Source of the DNA: an uncultured Bacteriovoracaceae bacterium
Lineage (GTDB): Bacteria > Bdellovibrionota > UBA1018
Direction of reading: 5' to 3'
Assembly: GCA_964563795.1 (NCBI GenBank)
Contig: CAZLYB010000004.1
Coordinates: 57,026 to 121,025, forward strand
Length of the DNA stretch: 64,000 nt
Under the pieces are notes generated by a model. That model was not told the DNA's origin. It searched no databases and saw nothing but the letters and a program-made list of their open reading frames with translations. Made by a program: the position numbers and the translations under genes. Of this stretch, positions 1-9,707 are shown piece after piece. Every line of letters starts with the position of its first letter. Positions within the stretch are counted from its first letter, which is position 1.

Positions 1-1
1 C

Positions 2-421
2 GCCGAAAGCGGGAGTTTTTACCAAAGCGGTTTCGGAATCCGCTATGGGTTGAGCCTCCTGAAGCGGGTGATTTTTCGGGGAGCGAACGTGCAGGACTCC
101 CTCACTCCCGAAGTGGGGCTCTTCACTTACAAGCTGATCGATTTTCAGGGAGACAATAATTCCTATTCGGTGACGCCGCTTTCATTGATCGGCCGATACA
201 ATCTGCAGTTCGGGGAAAGCTTTGGCGCGTTCCTTTACGCCGGCATCGTTAAAAACTTCGTATCCTCGAGCGGCCAGAGCAATCCTGATATCACCGCCGA
301 TTTGGGAAGAGTGATGCCCGCGTTTGGGGTGGGCATTCTCGCTCAGCTCGGCCCTCATTGGGATCTCAGGCTCGAGGGTGGAAGTGATATGTTCGGACTC
401 GGCCTTGTGCTAAGGTTTTAG
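2..421 (+). CDS. Outer-membrane beta-barrel protein, C-terminal fragment (gene starts upstream of the window)
   Basis: The ORF is open from the window edge in frame 2. It is rich in Gly, Ser and aromatic residues with alternating hydrophobicity and ends in ...LVLRF with a terminal Phe, which is typical of OMP C-termini. Confidence 0.45.
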   Translation, partial: AESGSFYQSGFGIRYGLSLLKRVIFRGANVQDSLTPEVGLFTYKLIDFQGDNNSYSVTPLSLIGRYNLQFGESFGAFLYAGIVKNFVSSSGQSNPDITADLGRVMPAFGVGILAQLGPHWDLRLEGGSDMFGLGLVLRF

Positions 422-426
422 GCCGT

Positions 427-591
427 ATGCCTCTTCTCCTTTTGGCTCTCGGGATCATCCTCGGTTCTTTCGCATGCGGCGTGAAGGGGCCACCGCTCCC
501 CCCCCTTGCCGATACCCCAGAAAAATCAGATCGCCTGGACGACGCGAAGAAGCCCGCTCCCTCACCGACGCCATCCCCATCCCATCCATGA
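427..591 (+). CDS. lptM: Small lipoprotein (54 aa), LptM/YifL-like (LPAM_2 type), not present in the ORF track
   Basis: Hand translation gives MPLLLLALGIILGSFACGVKGPPLPPLADTPEKSDRLDDAKKPAPSPTPSPSHP. It has a lipoprotein signal with a lipobox-like SFAC, followed by a CG-x-KGP-(L)-PP motif as in E. coli LptM (CGLKGPLYFPP) and a Pro/Ala-rich tail. Its stop overlaps the lysA ATG by 4 nt (ATGA). It lies immediately upstream of lysA, a common location for this family. Confidence 0.55.
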   Translation: MPLLLLALGIILGSFACGVKGPPLPPLADTPEKSDRLDDAKKPAPSPTPSPSHP

Positions 592-1853
592 AAAATACTG
601 ACATCGCCATCGAAGGGGTTTCGCTGCGGGAGCTCGCTGAGACCCATGGAACTCCTTTATATGTGTATTCCGCAGGCGAACTCCTCAAACCCCTGCGGAG
701 CCTGCAAACGCTCCTCCATGACCTCCCTCATTTGGTCTGCTTCGCGGTCAAAGCCTGCTCCAATCTTTCGATCCTCAAACTCCTGACGGAAGCCGGCGCG
801 GGATTGGATCTCGTCTCGGGAGGGGAGCTTTTTCGGGCGGGGTGCATCGGCGCGCCCGGGGAGCGCCTGGTTTTTTCGGGGGTGGGCAAAACGGCGCATG
901 AAATGAGGAGCGCGCTCGCTTATGACGGCGACGGAATTTATTCCTTTCACGTGGAATCACTCGAGGAGCTCCAGCTCCTCAATCAAGTCGCCCGGGACTT
1001 GGGGCGAGTGGCCCCCATCGCCTTTCGGTTCAACCCCGACATTCGCGCCAAAACTCACGCTTACATTTCAACGGGCCTGCGAAAAGATAAATTCGGGTTG
1101 ACCGAAGCGATGCTGAAGCAGGCCTTTCGGGAACTCCCCCGGTTGAGCCATGTGAAGTTTCACGGAATCAGCATTCACATCGGAAGCCAGCTGCTCTCGC
1201 TCGATCCTCTCGAAAGTGCGCTCAAGCGGCTTAAAAAAGTCATCATGGAGATTCCCCCGCCCCTGAAAAAAAATCTCGAGTTCGTCGATCTGGGAGGAGG
1301 AATCGGCGTTCCTTATCAAAGCACCCAAAAACCCATCGACCTCAAACGTTATGTGGACCTCATCATGAAGCATTTCGGGCCTAAGAGCGGGCTTCCCGCA
1401 TTAAAAATCCTTCTTGAACCGGGTCGACTCATCGCCGCGCGCGCAGGAACGCTCGTGAGCCGAGTTCTTTACCGCAAGAGCAATCCCCAAGCCGGAAAAG
1501 AATTCCTGATCATCGACGCGGCCATGAATGATTTGATCCGTCCCGCCCTTTACCAAGGGCACCATGAAATCATCCCGGTCAAAAAAAACCTGTCCCGAAA
1601 AATCGCCATGGACGTGGTGGGACCGGTTTGTGAGAGCGGTGACTTCCTCGCACAAAACCGCAAGCTGCCCTCTTCGCTTCAGCAAGGGGATCTCATCGCG
1701 ATCCTCAACGCCGGGGCTTACGGGTTCTCGATGGCGAGCCACTACAACAGCCGACCCAAAGCCTCCGAGGTGCTCGTTCAAAACGGGCAGGCACGGTTGA
1801 TCCGCCGCCGCGAAACTTACGATGACCTCATTCAGGGCGAGCTGCTGGAATAA
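588..1853 (+). CDS. lysA: Diaminopimelate decarboxylase
   Basis: PLP-fold decarboxylase motifs are present: FAVKAC, HIGSQ, DLGGGIGVPY and GPVCESGDF. The start was refined to MKNTDIAIEG, an internal Met of the longer ORF that begins at 474. Confidence 0.9.
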   Translation: MKNTDIAIEGVSLRELAETHGTPLYVYSAGELLKPLRSLQTLLHDLPHLVCFAVKACSNLSILKLLTEAGAGLDLVSGGELFRAGCIGAPGERLVFSGVGKTAHEMRSALAYDGDGIYSFHVESLEELQLLNQVARDLGRVAPIAFRFNPDIRAKTHAYISTGLRKDKFGLTEAMLKQAFRELPRLSHVKFHGISIHIGSQLLSLDPLESALKRLKKVIMEIPPPLKKNLEFVDLGGGIGVPYQSTQKPIDLKRYVDLIMKHFGPKSGLPALKILLEPGRLIAARAGTLVSRVLYRKSNPQAGKEFLIIDAAMNDLIRPALYQGHHEIIPVKKNLSRKIAMDVVGPVCESGDFLAQNRKLPSSLQQGDLIAILNAGAYGFSMASHYNSRPKASEVLVQNGQARLIRRRETYDDLIQGELLE

Positions 1854-1924
1854 CAAGTCAAGCTGAAGTTCCCGCAGCTTTCCTGTTGCGCAAAAACGCG
1901 TCTCGTCGGTATGATCTGGGAATC

Positions 1925-2698
1925 ATGAACATTTACGTCTGCATCAAGCAGGTTCCGGACACCGAAACCAAGATCAAGCTCACTTCCGACTCACAGGGCA
2001 TCGATACCGCCGGGATCAAATGGATCCTCTCGCCATACGATGAATTCGCGGTCGAAGAAGCGCTGCGACTCAAGGAAAAAAACGCGGGCAGCACTGTCAC
2101 TGCGGTCTCAGCGGGCCCCGCGCGCGTCGTCGAGGCGCTGCGCACCGCGCTCGCCATGGGCGCGGATCACGCCATCCATGTCGAGCTCCCCGAGAACGCG
2201 GATAATAATCTCTCCGCCAAGGCTTTGGCGGGCGCCCTCAAAAAAGAAGCGAAAGTCGATCTCGTTTATTGTGGAAAAGAAGCGATCGACGATGGTTCGG
2301 CTCAAGTGAGCCAACTCGTTTCAGAGTACATGGGCATTCCTTGCGCGACGGTCGTGCTGCAAATCGAGTACGGAGCGAGTTCCATCAAGTGCAAGCGCGA
2401 AGTCGAGGGGGGCGCTTTTGAGATGATCGAAATCAGCCTGCCCGCGGTCGTCGCCGCGCAAAAAGGCCTGAACGAACCCCGCTACGCGAGCCTTCCCAAC
2501 ATCATGAAGGCCAAGAAGAAGGAAGTGAAGATCCTCAAGCTCGCGGACGTGGGCGCAAGCGAAGCGGATCAAAAGATCAAGTACAAGAACTTCCAACTCC
2601 CGCCGCCCAAGCAAGCGGGCAAGAAACTTTCAGGAGATCCCGCCGCCCAGGCCAAAGAATTGGCGCGCCTCCTCCACGAAGAAGCAAAGGTGGTCTGA
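1925..2698 (+). CDS. etfB: Electron transfer flavoprotein beta subunit
   Basis: The N-terminus MNIYVCIKQVPDTE matches the EtfB signature and the length is about 257 aa. The start was refined to the internal Met. Confidence 0.9.
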   Translation: MNIYVCIKQVPDTETKIKLTSDSQGIDTAGIKWILSPYDEFAVEEALRLKEKNAGSTVTAVSAGPARVVEALRTALAMGADHAIHVELPENADNNLSAKALAGALKKEAKVDLVYCGKEAIDDGSAQVSQLVSEYMGIPCATVVLQIEYGASSIKCKREVEGGAFEMIEISLPAVVAAQKGLNEPRYASLPNIMKAKKKEVKILKLADVGASEADQKIKYKNFQLPPPKQAGKKLSGDPAAQAKELARLLHEEAKVV

Positions 2699-2701
2699 TC
2701 C

Positions 2702-3670
2702 ATGGCTAAAGTGCTCGTCGTCGCTGAACACCGAAACGGTAAACTGAAAAAAACCACCTTTGAGCTCCTAAGCGCCTCGGCCGCCGCGGGCAATGAGACC
2801 CACGCCGTGCTGCTGGGGGAAGGAGTGGAAGCGCTCGCGGGCGAACTCGGACCCTACGGAGCCTCCAAAGTCCATCTAGCACAGAACGCCACTTTCAAGT
2901 TTTACACGGGCGAGGCTTATGGCGCCGCGATCCTCGATTTGATCAACTCCCTCAAGCCCGAGATCGTGCTCGCCTCGCACACGCCGACCGGCCGCGATCT
3001 GATGCCTCGGCTCGCTGCGAAGCTCAACGTCGGGCTCGCGAGCGACTGCACCCAGCTTCAGTTTCAAGGCTCGAAGATCCAAGTCAGGCGCCCCGTCTAC
3101 GCGGGCAAAGCGACGGTTGAAGTGGAATTCCTCGGCTCTGGTCCGCAGCTCGCCACGGTGCGGCCCAACGCGCTTGGAAATCCCAAGTCAGACGCCTCGA
3201 AAAAAGCGGAGATCGCCCCACTCGGAGCGAATCCTTCGGCGCTGAAAACCAAAGTTTTGGAAGTTGTCCAAGGCTCAAGTGCCCGGCCCGACGTCACCGA
3301 GGCCTCGGTCGTTATCTCAGGCGGCCGCTCGCTCAAGAACGCGGAGAACTTCAAAATTTTGGAGGAACTCGCCGATGTGCTCGGCGCCGCGGTTGGCGCC
3401 TCTCGAGCCGCTGTGGACGCAGGCTTTCGCCCGCACCGGGACCAAGTGGGGCAGACGGGAAAAGTCGTCTCGCCCTCGCTTTACATCGCCTGCGGGATCA
3501 GCGGCGCCATTCAGCACTTGGCCGGCATGCGAACTTCCAAGGTCATCGTGGCCATCAATACCGATCCTGAGGCCCCCATCTTCCAGGTCGCGGATTACGG
3601 GATCGTGGCGGATTTGTTCACGATGGTTCCCCTGCTGAAGGAAGAGTTCAAAAAAATCAAAGAAAGTTGA
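2702..3670 (+). CDS. etfA: Electron transfer flavoprotein alpha subunit
   Basis: The N-terminus [15 protein letters not shown] and a C-terminal FAD-binding region (SGGRS...[15 protein letters not shown]) identify it. It starts 4 nt after etfB. Confidence 0.9.
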   Translation: MAKVLVVAEHRNGKLKKTTFELLSASAAAGNETHAVLLGEGVEALAGELGPYGASKVHLAQNATFKFYTGEAYGAAILDLINSLKPEIVLASHTPTGRDLMPRLAAKLNVGLASDCTQLQFQGSKIQVRRPVYAGKATVEVEFLGSGPQLATVRPNALGNPKSDASKKAEIAPLGANPSALKTKVLEVVQGSSARPDVTEASVVISGGRSLKNAENFKILEELADVLGAAVGASRAAVDAGFRPHRDQVGQTGKVVSPSLYIACGISGAIQHLAGMRTSKVIVAINTDPEAPIFQVADYGIVADLFTMVPLLKEEFKKIKES

Positions 3671-3682
3671 GATGAGTCGCCG

Positions 3683-5716
3683 ATGACTTGGCAAACCTGG
3701 GCGTTCTTGGCGGTCGCATCCCTCGCGTTCGGTTACTCCAGCTATCGGCTGTCCTTGCTGCTGAAGCTCATGCGGGCGCAAAAGGGGCGCGCGCCGAAGT
3801 ACGGCGACCTCCTCAAGCGCATCGAAACGACGCTGGTGAACGTTCTGGGGCAAAAGGCCGTTCTCAAAAAGCCGGTCGCGGGCATCATGCATGCGACGAT
3901 TTTTTGGGGATTCCTCATCATCTCGGTAGGAACGCTCGAGCAGTTCGTGAGCACGATTTACGCTCCCGCGAACTTTGAGTTCATCGGCCATGGGCCTTAC
4001 CGGGCGCTCGTCGCGATCCAGGATTTTCTCACGCTCGCCGTGCTGCTCGCCGTGGCCTACGCTTTTTACAGGCGCTTAGTGGTGCGCCCCAAGGGGCTCG
4101 GCCATTCGAGCGATGCGATCATCGTGCTGACCCTCACGGGTTCGCTCATGGTTTCCATCCTGCTCATGAATGGCTTCGGAATTTTGGGCCATTCGCCTTG
4201 GTACGCGGGCGCCATGCCGGTTTCAAACGCATTGGCCGGATTGCTCGCTGGATTGGGCTTCAGCGCCGAAACCTCCACGGGGCTTCATACGCTCTTCAAA
4301 TGGGTACATATGCTGATCGTGCTGGGTTTCTCGGTCTATATCCCGAGCTCCAAGCACCTTCACATCTTAGCGGCGGGTCCCAATACCTTTTTAAAACCTC
4401 TCCATCGCGAAAAAGCGATGAGCGTCATTCCTTTTGAGGACGAATCCGTTCAGCAATACGGCGCGGCCAAAGTCACGGACCTGAGCTGGAAGGACACGCT
4501 CGATTACTACGCCTGCACCGAATGCGGGCGCTGCCAGGACCTCTGTCCCGCCTACAACACCGAGAAGCCGCTCTCGCCCAAGAAGCTCATCCTCGATCTC
4601 AAAGAAAACCTCTACCGCAACAAAGCCGCGGCCCTCGCGGGAAAATACGACGAAGTCTCGCACATCATCGATCAGAACGTCACCGAGGACGTGATCTGGG
4701 CATGCACGAGCTGCCGCGCCTGCGAAGTCGCCTGCCCCGTGTTCATCCAGCACACCGATAAGATTTACGACGCCCGCCGTAACTTGGTGCTCATGGAATC
4801 CAAGTTTCCCTCGGAAGTTCAGACCGTCTTCAAGAACATGGAAACCAACGCCACTCCTTGGGCATTCAGCGCCTCGGATCGCGCGGGTTGGGCTGAGGGG
4901 CTGAGCATCCAAACGATGGCGCAAGCCGCTGCGGCAGCGGGTGAATCCAAAGGCGGCGCCGGGGCCACTGGCGCTCCGATCGACGTGCTGCTCTGGGTGG
5001 GCTGCGCGGGCTCCTACGACGACCGCAATAAGAAGGTGCTGCGCGCGTTCGCAAGCACGCTCAACCGAGCGGGCATCAGTTTCGCGATTTTGGGCTCCGA
5101 GGAGCAGTGCACCGGCGATCCCGCGCGGCGCATCGGCAATGAGTACCTCTACCAAACGCTCGCCAAGGCGAACATCGAGACGCTCAACCGCTACGGCGTG
5201 AAACGCGTCGTCACCGCCTGCCCCCACTGCTTCAACACGATCAAGAATGAGTACAAGGATTTTGGGGGGCAGTATGAAGTGTTCCACCACTCCCAGTTCC
5301 TCGCTCAGCTCATTAAGGAAGGCCGCCTGAAACCCGCCGCGGCGACGATGAAGGATTCCGTGACTTTCCATGACAGTTGCTACTTGGGGCGATGGAACAA
5401 CATTTACGACGAACCCCGCGCGTTGATCGCATCCTCCTCAGCTCAGGCCCCCATCGAGATGAAGAGCCATCATGACCAAAGCTTCTGCTGCGGAGCGGGA
5501 GGCGGGAGGATGTGGATGGAGGAGAAAATCGGCAAGCGCGTCAACATCGCACGCACCGAGCAGGCTCTGGCGACTGGCGCCAAGGTGATCGCCTCTTCCT
5601 GCCCGTTCTGCATGACGATGCTCAACGACGGCTTAAAAGCGAAGGATCAGCAGGATCACGTGCGAGTCATGGACATCGCGGAGCTCGTCGATCAAGCGAC
5701 GGCGGGCGGCCCTTAG
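3683..5716 (+). CDS. Etf-associated membrane-bound Fe-S oxidoreductase (heterodisulfide-reductase-like, two CCG domains)
   Basis: The N-terminal region has about 5 TM helices. Two ferredoxin motifs follow (CTECGRCQDLCP and CTSCRACEVACP), then two cysteine-rich CCG-type motifs (CPHCFN, CPFCM). Its position directly after etfBA fits the EtfAB:quinone oxidoreductase family of anaerobes and deltaproteobacteria. Confidence 0.8.
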   Translation: MTWQTWAFLAVASLAFGYSSYRLSLLLKLMRAQKGRAPKYGDLLKRIETTLVNVLGQKAVLKKPVAGIMHATIFWGFLIISVGTLEQFVSTIYAPANFEFIGHGPYRALVAIQDFLTLAVLLAVAYAFYRRLVVRPKGLGHSSDAIIVLTLTGSLMVSILLMNGFGILGHSPWYAGAMPVSNALAGLLAGLGFSAETSTGLHTLFKWVHMLIVLGFSVYIPSSKHLHILAAGPNTFLKPLHREKAMSVIPFEDESVQQYGAAKVTDLSWKDTLDYYACTECGRCQDLCPAYNTEKPLSPKKLILDLKENLYRNKAAALAGKYDEVSHIIDQNVTEDVIWACTSCRACEVACPVFIQHTDKIYDARRNLVLMESKFPSEVQTVFKNMETNATPWAFSASDRAGWAEGLSIQTMAQAAAAAGESKGGAGATGAPIDVLLWVGCAGSYDDRNKKVLRAFASTLNRAGISFAILGSEEQCTGDPARRIGNEYLYQTLAKANIETLNRYGVKRVVTACPHCFNTIKNEYKDFGGQYEVFHHSQFLAQLIKEGRLKPAAATMKDSVTFHDSCYLGRWNNIYDEPRALIASSSAQAPIEMKSHHDQSFCCGAGGGRMWMEEKIGKRVNIARTEQALATGAKVIASSCPFCMTMLNDGLKAKDQQDHVRVMDIAELVDQATAGGP

Positions 5717-6309
5717 CTGGACAGCGAGCGGCACTCGCTGATCAGCGGCAGAAGCCCAGTTTTTTCCGCAGCGGACAAAGCGGCCGCTAGGATGGATTCC
5801 GTGTCTCTCTCTTTCTGGGAGTGAAGTTGGGCCTCAAGCTCAGGCCAATGATCACGAAACGCCATCTCGAATTTCTGGGAAATTTCACCGCTTTTGAATG
5901 CTTTAAACAGCGCGCAGGACTGACCTCGATCGAGGTCTCCCCCACTTCCGAATTTCAGCGTGAGATCAATTTTATCCTGAAAGAACCATGCCGTACCCGC
6001 GGTTATTTTAATCTGAAGGAGAACAGGATCGAAATCGAATTGCAGCCCTCCCTGATCAGCGATCTGGCAGAGGGATTTCTTCAATTGGCCCCTACTAAAA
6101 CCTCGAAGCGGGGTGTAGGCGTCTGATCCGAATTCGCCAGGCTCTTGAAATCCCACCGCCGCTGCGTCGGTAGATTTGAGAAGCAAAAACTGCCCAATGA
6201 TCCCTTGATACGCCCCTTTTTGATAAGCATGGATTCGACAAACCGGCGTCTGATCAGCCCGCGACTGATGATGCATTAAAACGGCGGCCACTAAAACTAG
6301 CCATTTCAT
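5713..6309 (-). CDS. Secreted hypothetical protein (paralog of 6574..7158)
   Basis: The signal peptide is MKWLVLVAAVLMHHQSRA. It shares an N-terminal motif VCRI-x-Y-Q-x-G-(x)-GY/I-x-GQF with the ORF at 6574..7158. Confidence 0.5.
   Translation of the reverse strand: MKWLVLVAAVLMHHQSRADQTPVCRIHAYQKGAYQGIIGQFLLLKSTDAAAVGFQEPGEFGSDAYTPLRGFSRGQLKKSLCQIADQGGLQFDFDPVLLQIKITAGTAWFFQDKIDLTLKFGSGGDLDRGQSCALFKAFKSGEISQKFEMAFRDHWPELEAQLHSQKERDTESILAAALSAAEKTGLLPLISECRSLSS
5722..5740 (+). terminator. Terminator-like hairpin 6 nt after the Fe-S oxidoreductase stop (CAGCGAG-cggca-CTCGCTG); it lies inside the 3' end of the convergent minus-strand gene
   Basis: A perfect 7-bp inverted repeat is seen directly in the sequence. 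No immediate U-tract follows (a T-run begins about 17 nt later). Confidence 0.3.
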
Positions 6310-6323
6310 AAAACCCGATCCGC

Positions 6324-6512
6324 TTATTTTTTGAAGTCCGGCGGCAAGAAATCTTTATGAGCCGCGATGAAACGTTTGAGCGCGGTGTTCGCGAGCTCGG
6401 ATTTGCTGAGCTTGGCGTGTTTTTCCATTTGAGCCAAGATATCGATCACCGTGGATTCAATTTCGATTTCAAGTTTGGAGGTTTTGGCCTTGATTTTATA
6501 GTCGTCTCTCAT
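6324..6512 (-). CDS. Ribbon-helix-helix (CopG/Arc/MetJ-like) small DNA-binding protein
   Basis: The 62-aa protein has a beta-strand with alternating hydrophobics (KLEIEIES), then helix A (VIDILAQMEKHAKL) and helix B (SKSELANTALKRFIAAH). The S-[KR]-SEL-x-x-x-AL-[KR] pattern is typical of RHH antitoxins and regulators. Confidence 0.45.
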   Translation of the reverse strand: MRDDYKIKAKTSKLEIEIESTVIDILAQMEKHAKLSKSELANTALKRFIAAHKDFLPPDFKK

Positions 6513-6573
6513 GAGGGGTTTATACCAGCAAAATCAATGAATGGGGAGTTGGATCTATCGCTCCTAAAGCTGA

Positions 6574-7158
6574 TCACTGCCCACTTTTTTGCTTCAGTAG
6601 CACCGTATTGACCATCCAAGCCAGGGCGTTGGCGTTTAAAAGCGAGCCGACTTGGTTTTGATACGCGCGGATGCTGGAATCGAATTGATCTTGGGAAATA
6701 TTCAGAGTGATCGTCGTCGACTCCTGAAAAATCTTCCTGCACAGGCCGTTTGAAGCCTCCGCTGAGAGCGAGATAGAGTCAGAGGGGATTACATATCCTT
6801 CCTTCGCGATATGACTCACTTTAAACGAAAAAAAAGTCGGCCGGGAACCCTTGGAATTGCTCACATACTCGATGAGGGAAGACGCTCTTCCGCTGCTCTT
6901 CACAGCTCCTGGTGCGCTCTCATAGAGCTTTCTAAGAGCGTCCGCGTTATCTTTGAGACCATGATGTTGACCCGTTTTGAATTCGTCCCGGTTTTGATAT
7001 CGAATGACCCCATGGTCATTAAAAAACTGCCCCACATAACCCGTCGCTGAGCCCTGTTGATACGTGATTCGGCAAACTTCCGTCTCGGCGGAAGCCGCCT
7101 CAAAACCGGAGAGCAAACCCAAAACTAAAACCATCGCTGAAACGCTGTTGCGAAACAT
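6574..7158 (-). CDS. Secreted hypothetical protein (paralog of 5713..6309)
   Basis: It has a signal peptide (MFRNSVSAMVLVLGLLSGFEAASA) and the shared motif EVCRITYQQGSATGYVGQFF. Confidence 0.5.
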   Translation of the reverse strand: MFRNSVSAMVLVLGLLSGFEAASAETEVCRITYQQGSATGYVGQFFNDHGVIRYQNRDEFKTGQHHGLKDNADALRKLYESAPGAVKSSGRASSLIEYVSNSKGSRPTFFSFKVSHIAKEGYVIPSDSISLSAEASNGLCRKIFQESTTITLNISQDQFDSSIRAYQNQVGSLLNANALAWMVNTVLLKQKSGQ

Positions 7159-7218
7159 CTTTACTTCCTCCGCTTAAAAAATGCTGCTTTTCGCGTATCT
7201 CTTGACCCCGAGGCTTTG

Positions 7219-7773
7219 TCAATAGGCCGATCTCCACAACCGCGCCGCCTTGGAAAGACTTAGGAGCGCCGATAAAAGCTGCGAGGGCCGACTTTGCCAG
7301 GCTTCAATGAATTTTCGAGAGGTCCCCATGGAGGGGTCCCACTGAACTTGGAGCGGGAGGGACTCTCGATTCATCAAGCGCTTGCATTCTGGATTTTGGA
7401 AATAAAGTCGCCAATGGAAATCCTGGAAAATATCGAAAAAATGATTTTGAAATTCGGGAGATCCTGGCGTTTCAAAAACGTAAAAATCAAGTTCTTGATG
7501 CGTGGAATAATAAAAGCCCAGCGATTTTGAGAAATCACGCCCCCCTGCCAATGACCCGAGAAATGCGCGGAATCGCTCTTCACCGCGATCTGGCTTGATT
7601 TCGCGAGCGCCGCTCCGTGTCCGCGCCCTGACTTCGTTCTCGCCCTCGAAGAGAACCTCCCCGATGCCCCAATCCACACTGCCTCTCCGGGCGCGAACGG
7701 CGCAGCCCAGCTCAAGAGCATGGACAGGCACCTCCATGGCTAAGATTAAAAATAAAAAAATGAAAGCCTTCAT
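7219..7773 (-). CDS. Secreted hypothetical protein
   Basis: The start was refined to MKAFIFLFLILAMEVPVHA, a classic signal peptide; the longer ORF extends to 7803. No recognisable domain was found. Confidence 0.45.
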   Translation of the reverse strand: MKAFIFLFLILAMEVPVHALELGCAVRARRGSVDWGIGEVLFEGENEVRARTRSGAREIKPDRGEERFRAFLGSLAGGRDFSKSLGFYYSTHQELDFYVFETPGSPEFQNHFFDIFQDFHWRLYFQNPECKRLMNRESLPLQVQWDPSMGTSRKFIEAWQSRPSQLLSALLSLSKAARLWRSAY

Positions 7774-7830
7774 GCTGCATCCCCCCGGGATATTGGCTCT
7801 CAAGAACTCGGCTTGCGCAAGTTTTTTGTG

Positions 7831-8730
7831 TTAGCCCCTGGACCGCCCCCGAATGAGGTCCTTCACCACGCCGTACATCGCCTGAGGCAAGCCTTCGAGC
7901 TCGGCGATTTCCTTGATCGCTCCGTGCCCTCGGCTCGCGAGCTCCCGGCAGAGCGACAGGCTCGCGCGATCGCGGCCCATCTTCATCACCACGAGGTGAT
8001 CGAAGCGCGGGGCGAGGTAAGCGGGATCTCGGCCCGCCGTGTATTTTCCGTCGGTGAGCAGGAGCGTCGACGTGCCCGCTCGCTCGATCAATCGGAGCGC
8101 GGCCTGAAGCCCTTCCTCCAAATGAGTGTACCCTTGGGCAGGAACATCGAGGAACCGCTCCACGAGCTGCTCGATCGTGATCGTCTCGCGGGGTGATTTG
8201 AGCACGCGGGCTTCATTCTCGAAAGCGACGATGCCGACCGGGCTCTCTGGAAACTGCAGCAGCACCACCGCGAGCGCGACCGCCGTCAGCGCGAGCTTCT
8301 CGCCCGTCATCGAAAGGCTCGTGTCCACGCTGAGCACGATCGGGGTTTGCGGCCTCGTCCTGAAACTCACCCAAAGCTCAGGCGCGGCTCCCTTGCCTTG
8401 ACTCAATGCACGGACCCAGAGCGGCGACTCTTCGAGCGTTGCGTCCCAATCCTCTTCTATGTGCGTCGCGCTCTCGGGAACTTCCTCAAACGGAGCAGTG
8501 CCCTCGCGGCTCACATGCACCACCGAACCCAGCACTTCACGCGCCCGCTCCAGCACCGCTTGCGCCGAGACTTCCCGGATGCGCCTCAAGAGCGGGCTCC
8601 ATGCGTAACGCGCCTTCAACTCATGATAACGGATCGCAATGTCCCAGGAACTCGCGCCCCAGAGCTCCTGCTCCGCGAGCGAAGCGGCTTGATCCGCCTC
8701 AGAAATGAGGCTCAATCCTTTTTCATCCAA
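7831..8730 (-). CDS. von Willebrand factor A (VWA) domain protein, CoxE/ViaA-like partner of a MoxR ATPase
   Basis: A MIDAS motif DTSLSMTG (DxSxS) is followed by a hydrophobic beta-strand (LAVVLLQF) and later TD/G motifs. It lies 77 nt downstream of the MoxR-type AAA+ gene. Confidence 0.75.
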   Translation of the reverse strand: MDEKGLSLISEADQAASLAEQELWGASSWDIAIRYHELKARYAWSPLLRRIREVSAQAVLERAREVLGSVVHVSREGTAPFEEVPESATHIEEDWDATLEESPLWVRALSQGKGAAPELWVSFRTRPQTPIVLSVDTSLSMTGEKLALTAVALAVVLLQFPESPVGIVAFENEARVLKSPRETITIEQLVERFLDVPAQGYTHLEEGLQAALRLIERAGTSTLLLTDGKYTAGRDPAYLAPRFDHLVVMKMGRDRASLSLCRELASRGHGAIKEIAELEGLPQAMYGVVKDLIRGRSRG

Positions 8731-8807
8731 AAGCGAATCCAGACTCGAAGGCAGCGTTTCCGGGGCGATGAAAGAGGGCGGGCTCAGGGTGAGTTTTTCA
8801 CGCGCCG

Positions 8808-9707
8808 TCAGATTTTTTTTTTTGAAGCGGCGGGATCCCCCTGAAGCGCCGCCAATGCCAATTCGCGCAGCAAAGCCTTCCGCTCAGCCTCGAGCCCCAG
8901 ATCAGATTCCGAGTCCCGCTCGAATTCAATGCGCGTGGGAAGCGCCATGAAAACCGCCTGCGTGAACGCTTCTTCGAGGGGCTGTCCCCGCGAAAGCAGC
9001 GACTTCGCGATTTCAGCGATGCTGAGCGCTGCCCGGATCGAGGCGCCCCGCTTGATTCGCGGGTGATCGCGCGTCAAGCGCGCCAGATCCACCGAAGCGT
9101 CGATCAATCTCTCTGTCTCCGAGGAGAATCCCGCCGATTTTTTTGATTTTGCGGGAGCCTGAATCTGAGAGGAAACGATCGCCCGTTCCTCCTCGCGCGA
9201 TTGATAATCCAGCAGGATGAGCTCAAAGCGATCCAAAATCGCCTCGCTCAAATGGGAGGTCGCGACGAATTCCTTGGGGTTTTGCGTCGCTATCACGAGG
9301 AAACTCGGCTTCGCGCGGACTGTTCCCAAACGGGGAATCGCGATCACCCGCTCATCGATCGCCGGCAACAAGACGTTCTGAACGCCTTCCGGCAGCCGAT
9401 TCAGCTCGTTGATGAAGAGCACTCCGCCCTGCTTCATCGCCGCCGTCAGCGGCCCATCCACGAAGGAACGGACGCCGTAACCCCGTTTTAAAACCGCCGG
9501 GGGATCGAACCATCCGCTCAGCTTCTGCTCGCTGTAGCGGCTATCCCCATCCACCCGAAACACGGGGCGCTTCAACTCCTCTACGATCGAGAGAGCGAGC
9601 CTCGTCTTTCCGACCCCCACGGGACCCTCGAGCAATACGTTACGCTGAGCGCTCAAGCACGCCCGGACCCACTCCGATTCCCGCTGCCTGCCGATCAATG
9701 CGCTCAT
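8808..9707 (-). CDS. MoxR/CbbQ/NorQ-family AAA+ ATPase (AAA_5)
   Basis: Walker A is LLEGPVGVGKT and Walker B is VLFINELNR. The sensor and lid regions (ATQNP...LDRF) match the MoxR family. Its ATG overlaps the kamE stop (ATGA). Confidence 0.8.
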   Translation of the reverse strand: MSALIGRQRESEWVRACLSAQRNVLLEGPVGVGKTRLALSIVEELKRPVFRVDGDSRYSEQKLSGWFDPPAVLKRGYGVRSFVDGPLTAAMKQGGVLFINELNRLPEGVQNVLLPAIDERVIAIPRLGTVRAKPSFLVIATQNPKEFVATSHLSEAILDRFELILLDYQSREEERAIVSSQIQAPAKSKKSAGFSSETERLIDASVDLARLTRDHPRIKRGASIRAALSIAEIAKSLLSRGQPLEEAFTQAVFMALPTRIEFERDSESDLGLEAERKALLRELALAALQGDPAASKKKI

